Shown here: piece after piece, positions 34,718 to 36,880 of the stretch
Layout of the letters: the number at the start of each line of letters is the position of its first letter
Position numbering within the stretch: position 1 is the stretch's first letter
Virus record (IMG/VR): IMGVR_UViG_3300020045_014840
Location: 1-36,880 of that record
Length of the DNA stretch: 36,880 nucleotides
Reading direction: 5' to 3' (one strand)
Origin: a virus
Lineage: Duplodnaviria > Caudoviricetes
Position numbers and translations under genes: made by a program
The notes under the pieces: generated by a model
Database searches by the model: none
What the model was told of the DNA's origin: nothing
The model's input: only the letters and a program-made list of their open reading frames with translations

Positions 34718-35068
34718 ATGACGCAAAACAACATATCAAAAGGACAAACCATGACAAGCCCAATTACGCTAAGAGAGGTTCTGAGAGAAGAACTCATACT
34801 ACAAAATGCGTTGTACGAACTTTGCCAATCCTATCTTGAGGCACTTTTTCCAGAAGATTCAAAGCACGCGCAAAACATTCTAGAAGAATACTATACTCAT
34901 TATGCTACTAATTGCTATCTCCCTGACGCTCGTGCAATTAAAAAACAAATTGAAGATTCCAAAGCTGAAATAGCCAAGTACAAAGCTGCAAGTTCTAAGG
35001 CTAAAGACACCCCAGAAGTTTCAGAAAAAACACCAAAGCGTCGAGGTAGGAAGAGAAAAGATGCGTAA
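34718..35068 (+). CDS. Hypothetical early protein
   Basis: First gene of the early chain; start 34718 (leaderless) or 34751 (AAGGA SD, MTSPITL); basic C-tail PKRRGRKRK. Confidence 0.7.
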   Translation: MTQNNISKGQTMTSPITLREVLREELILQNALYELCQSYLEALFPEDSKHAQNILEEYYTHYATNCYLPDARAIKKQIEDSKAEIAKYKAASSKAKDTPEVSEKTPKRRGRKRKDA

Positions 35069-35291
35069 GCCTCTAGACATCTTCCGAAATGGCTTTGCGC
35101 AAGCCCCAAGGGGGGAACGCCATCATTATGTCCATGTAAACGCAATGATGCCTCCATCCCTCGTCGCGCAGCTTAAAACCGTAGGGGCTGAACTGCAAGC
35201 ATTAGGTTATGCCGATACAGATCTCAGCTCCCTAATGAGACAATCCGTCAATCACTTCGTAGCCCAACTGGAGAAAGAATTACACCAATGA
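35061..35291 (+). CDS. Possible ribbon-helix-helix protein
   Basis: VHVNAMMPPSLVAQLK...DLSSLMRQSV pattern. Confidence 0.55.
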   Translation: MRKPLDIFRNGFAQAPRGERHHYVHVNAMMPPSLVAQLKTVGAELQALGYADTDLSSLMRQSVNHFVAQLEKELHQ

Positions 35292-35461
35292 AAAACACCC
35301 CCCGCGTTAACGTCTATAAATCGGTCATGGACTCCATCAAGCGCGGAGAGCCAACCGAAAAGCAATGGTTCGACAAGAAGAGCCAGAAAGCTTTCAAATT
35401 AAAACTTGAATGCGTGGAAGTGCGCACAGATGAACAGGGAAACAAATGGGTAAAGATTTAA
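35288..35461 (+). CDS. Hypothetical protein (57 aa, not in ORF track)
   Basis: MKNTPRVNVYKSVMDSIKRGEP...; ATGA overlap; fills the gap in the early chain. Confidence 0.65.
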   Translation: MKNTPRVNVYKSVMDSIKRGEPTEKQWFDKKSQKAFKLKLECVEVRTDEQGNKWVKI

Positions 35462-35471
35462 AGGATCACAC

Positions 35472-35753
35472 ATGAAAAATGACAGATTCTATTTCGATGG
35501 TATGATTTATTCCGACCAAGAAAAATTTGATAAATCCAGGTCTGAATGGATAGAATCCGCAACCACTCCTTTATCACGAGAAAGAATGCTCCAGCGCATG
35601 TGTCAAGACATTTCTTTAGATTTATTAAACACACCGGACGGTCCGCATATCCTATCAAACTACGAGTTTTCATTGATATGCTTTGAATTTTCCCTAAAAT
35701 TCATTGACGAATGCCGCCAGAGAATGAGTAAAAATTTAAAGGATCCGCAATGA
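35472..35753 (+). CDS. Hypothetical protein
   Basis: 93 aa, AAGGA SD. Confidence 0.7.
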   Translation: MKNDRFYFDGMIYSDQEKFDKSRSEWIESATTPLSRERMLQRMCQDISLDLLNTPDGPHILSNYEFSLICFEFSLKFIDECRQRMSKNLKDPQ

Positions 35754-35962
35754 GCGGCAAAAAGAACTATCCCTACACCTGGAGAATAGAAGGACCCCCT
35801 AAAAACAAAATAACGTTAGCTATCGGCGATATAGATTACCAAGCTGACCCAACCGATACTGCGTCCGATTACAAATTTTTGGAGAGAATTTTAATCAGTT
35901 TTGCGGAACAGATTAGGGAAGAAGGAAACGAAATAGAAGAATTCAATTATCACGAGACATGA
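35750..35962 (+). CDS. Hypothetical protein
   Basis: 70 aa, AAGGA SD, ATGA overlaps. Confidence 0.7.
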   Translation: MSGKKNYPYTWRIEGPPKNKITLAIGDIDYQADPTDTASDYKFLERILISFAEQIREEGNEIEEFNYHET

Positions 35963-36186
35963 AAATCATGAAATTCATCAAAAACTCCGACGGAGATCTC
36001 ATCAACATAGAGCGCATGGAATACATCTTCTTGTTAGACCAAGGGGAAGCCACAAAAGAACGCTTTGAAATCGTGGCTAGTGGCGGAGAAAGACCCTATG
36101 TTATAAAAAAGTATCGAAGCGAAAGCGCAGCTAACGGATTTCTGCATCGTCTTTACCAAGCCCACAAATTCGAGGTCCCTGAATAA
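35959..36186 (+). CDS. Hypothetical protein, probable paralog of 36355..36588
   Basis: FIKNSDGDLINIE...FEIVA...VIKKYRSESAANGFL. Confidence 0.7.
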   Translation: MKIMKFIKNSDGDLINIERMEYIFLLDQGEATKERFEIVASGGERPYVIKKYRSESAANGFLHRLYQAHKFEVPE

Positions 36187-36190
36187 TTTT

Positions 36191-36358
36191 ATGCCAACCA
36201 CCCCAAAATTCTGCCCCAAAGGCCACAAACTGAGTTACTCCACCTTGTACGACGCCAAGTACTGTCGCATCTGCAACCAGTGGACGGAGATTGCCTCCCG
36301 CGATCGTCCCCCAGCTCCCAAGCCCTACATGAAAACAGACAACAGGAGAACACCATGA
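36191..36358 (+). CDS. Small zinc-ribbon protein (55 aa, not in ORF track)
   Basis: FCPKGH...YDAKYCRICNQW; ATGA overlap with next gene. Confidence 0.65.
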   Translation: MPTTPKFCPKGHKLSYSTLYDAKYCRICNQWTEIASRDRPPAPKPYMKTDNRRTP

Positions 36359-36588
36359 GTAAATCGTGGATACAGTGTGAAGATCTAGAATGGATCAACC
36401 TAGACCACGCTTGCTGGGTTTACTGCACCTTTGAAAAAGGAAAGAAAAATTCAGGGGGCTACTGGGAAGTTTGTGCTGAATTTATAAAACCCAAGACACC
36501 TCTTCATGTAATAGCTTCCTATCCCACCGCAAAAGAAGCACGCGCCTTCATGGATGATTTGATGCACTTACTTCGCCTAACAAAATGA
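36355..36588 (+). CDS. Hypothetical protein, probable paralog of 35959..36186
   Basis: AGGAG SD places start at 36355; WIQCEDLEWINLD...WEVCA...VIASYPTAKEARAFM. Confidence 0.72.
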   Translation: MSKSWIQCEDLEWINLDHACWVYCTFEKGKKNSGGYWEVCAEFIKPKTPLHVIASYPTAKEARAFMDDLMHLLRLTK

Positions 36589-36836
36589 CCGTCGTCTACT
36601 GCCTGACTTCTCCCAACGAAGTGACCCTCCCCGCCATCTACACTGGCACGTCCCCCGACCACCTGGCGCGGGAGATCCGTCTCGCGATGAAAGCGCATGA
36701 CCTCTGCGGCGTGGACTGCTTCGCCAAGATTTGGCGACCTATCTCGCCGATGACCTACATGCGCCTATCCTACCGAGATGTCTTCCCCTCCAATCTCAAA
36801 ATATTCTTTGAAGAGCAAAAACAATGGAAACCCTAA
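36585..36836 (+). CDS. Hypothetical protein
   Basis: 83 aa, ATGA overlap; its end overlaps the start of the 65..331 gene across the junction. Confidence 0.6.
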   Translation: MTVVYCLTSPNEVTLPAIYTGTSPDHLAREIRLAMKAHDLCGVDCFAKIWRPISPMTYMRLSYRDVFPSNLKIFFEEQKQWKP

Positions 36837-36880
36837 GATGGAGCGTAGATGCAAAAGCTCTGGAAACTTTTACGACCTAC
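36760..36880 (+). repeat. Terminal direct repeat, copy 2
   Basis: Identical to 1-121. Confidence 0.97.

Larger units (their letters stand above)
1..36880. mobile_element. Complete circular(ised) tailed dsDNA phage genome, podovirus-like, probable Chlamydiae host
   Basis: TerL, portal, major capsid, fibre and ejection-type genes; identical 121-bp ends; dense phage-type small ORFs; EUO-like gene suggests the host. Confidence 0.93.

Noticed and set aside
36760-36880. 121-bp terminal repeat as a biological DTR
   Set aside because: It falls in the middle of overlapping ORFs and has a k-mer-like length; most simply an assembly overlap of a circular or permuted genome
1-36880. Alternative genetic code, tRNAs, introns or inteins
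   Set aside because: Core genes are full length in code 11 with all three stops used; no cloverleaf or splicing motifs recognised by eye, though a tRNAscan/Infernal run would be needed to exclude them

Overview
The window is a complete, circularly assembled genome of about 36.76 kb (bases 1-121 repeat exactly at 36760-36880). It belongs to a tailed dsDNA phage with a podovirus-like gene set: TerL, P22-like portal, scaffold, N4-gp56-like major capsid, adaptor/nozzle, three ejection-type proteins and no tape measure. It also has a divergently transcribed cassette of three large Gly/Thr/Ala-rich fibre proteins and a lambda-O-like initiator with internal 22-bp iterons. Other genes include a J-domain protein, an SSB-like/YqaJ recombination pair, a DNA methyltransferase and many small early genes. 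No integrase, endolysin, tRNA or CRISPR was recognised. The main signal is 3336..3722, which matches motif by motif (from my recollection of the sequence) EUO, the Chlamydiae-specific master repressor of late developmental genes. This points to a tailed phage of Chlamydiae that may manipulate the RB-to-EB cycle. Between euo and rep is an unannotated plasmid-style control cassette (leader peptide, SD hairpin, counter-transcribed small RNA). Other unannotated signals are a three-copy promoter/operator motif, several apparently leaderless genes, an ATT/ATC-initiated structural gene, a perfect 24-bp palindrome and small lipoprotein/membrane gene clusters. All family assignments come from motif recognition, not database searches.
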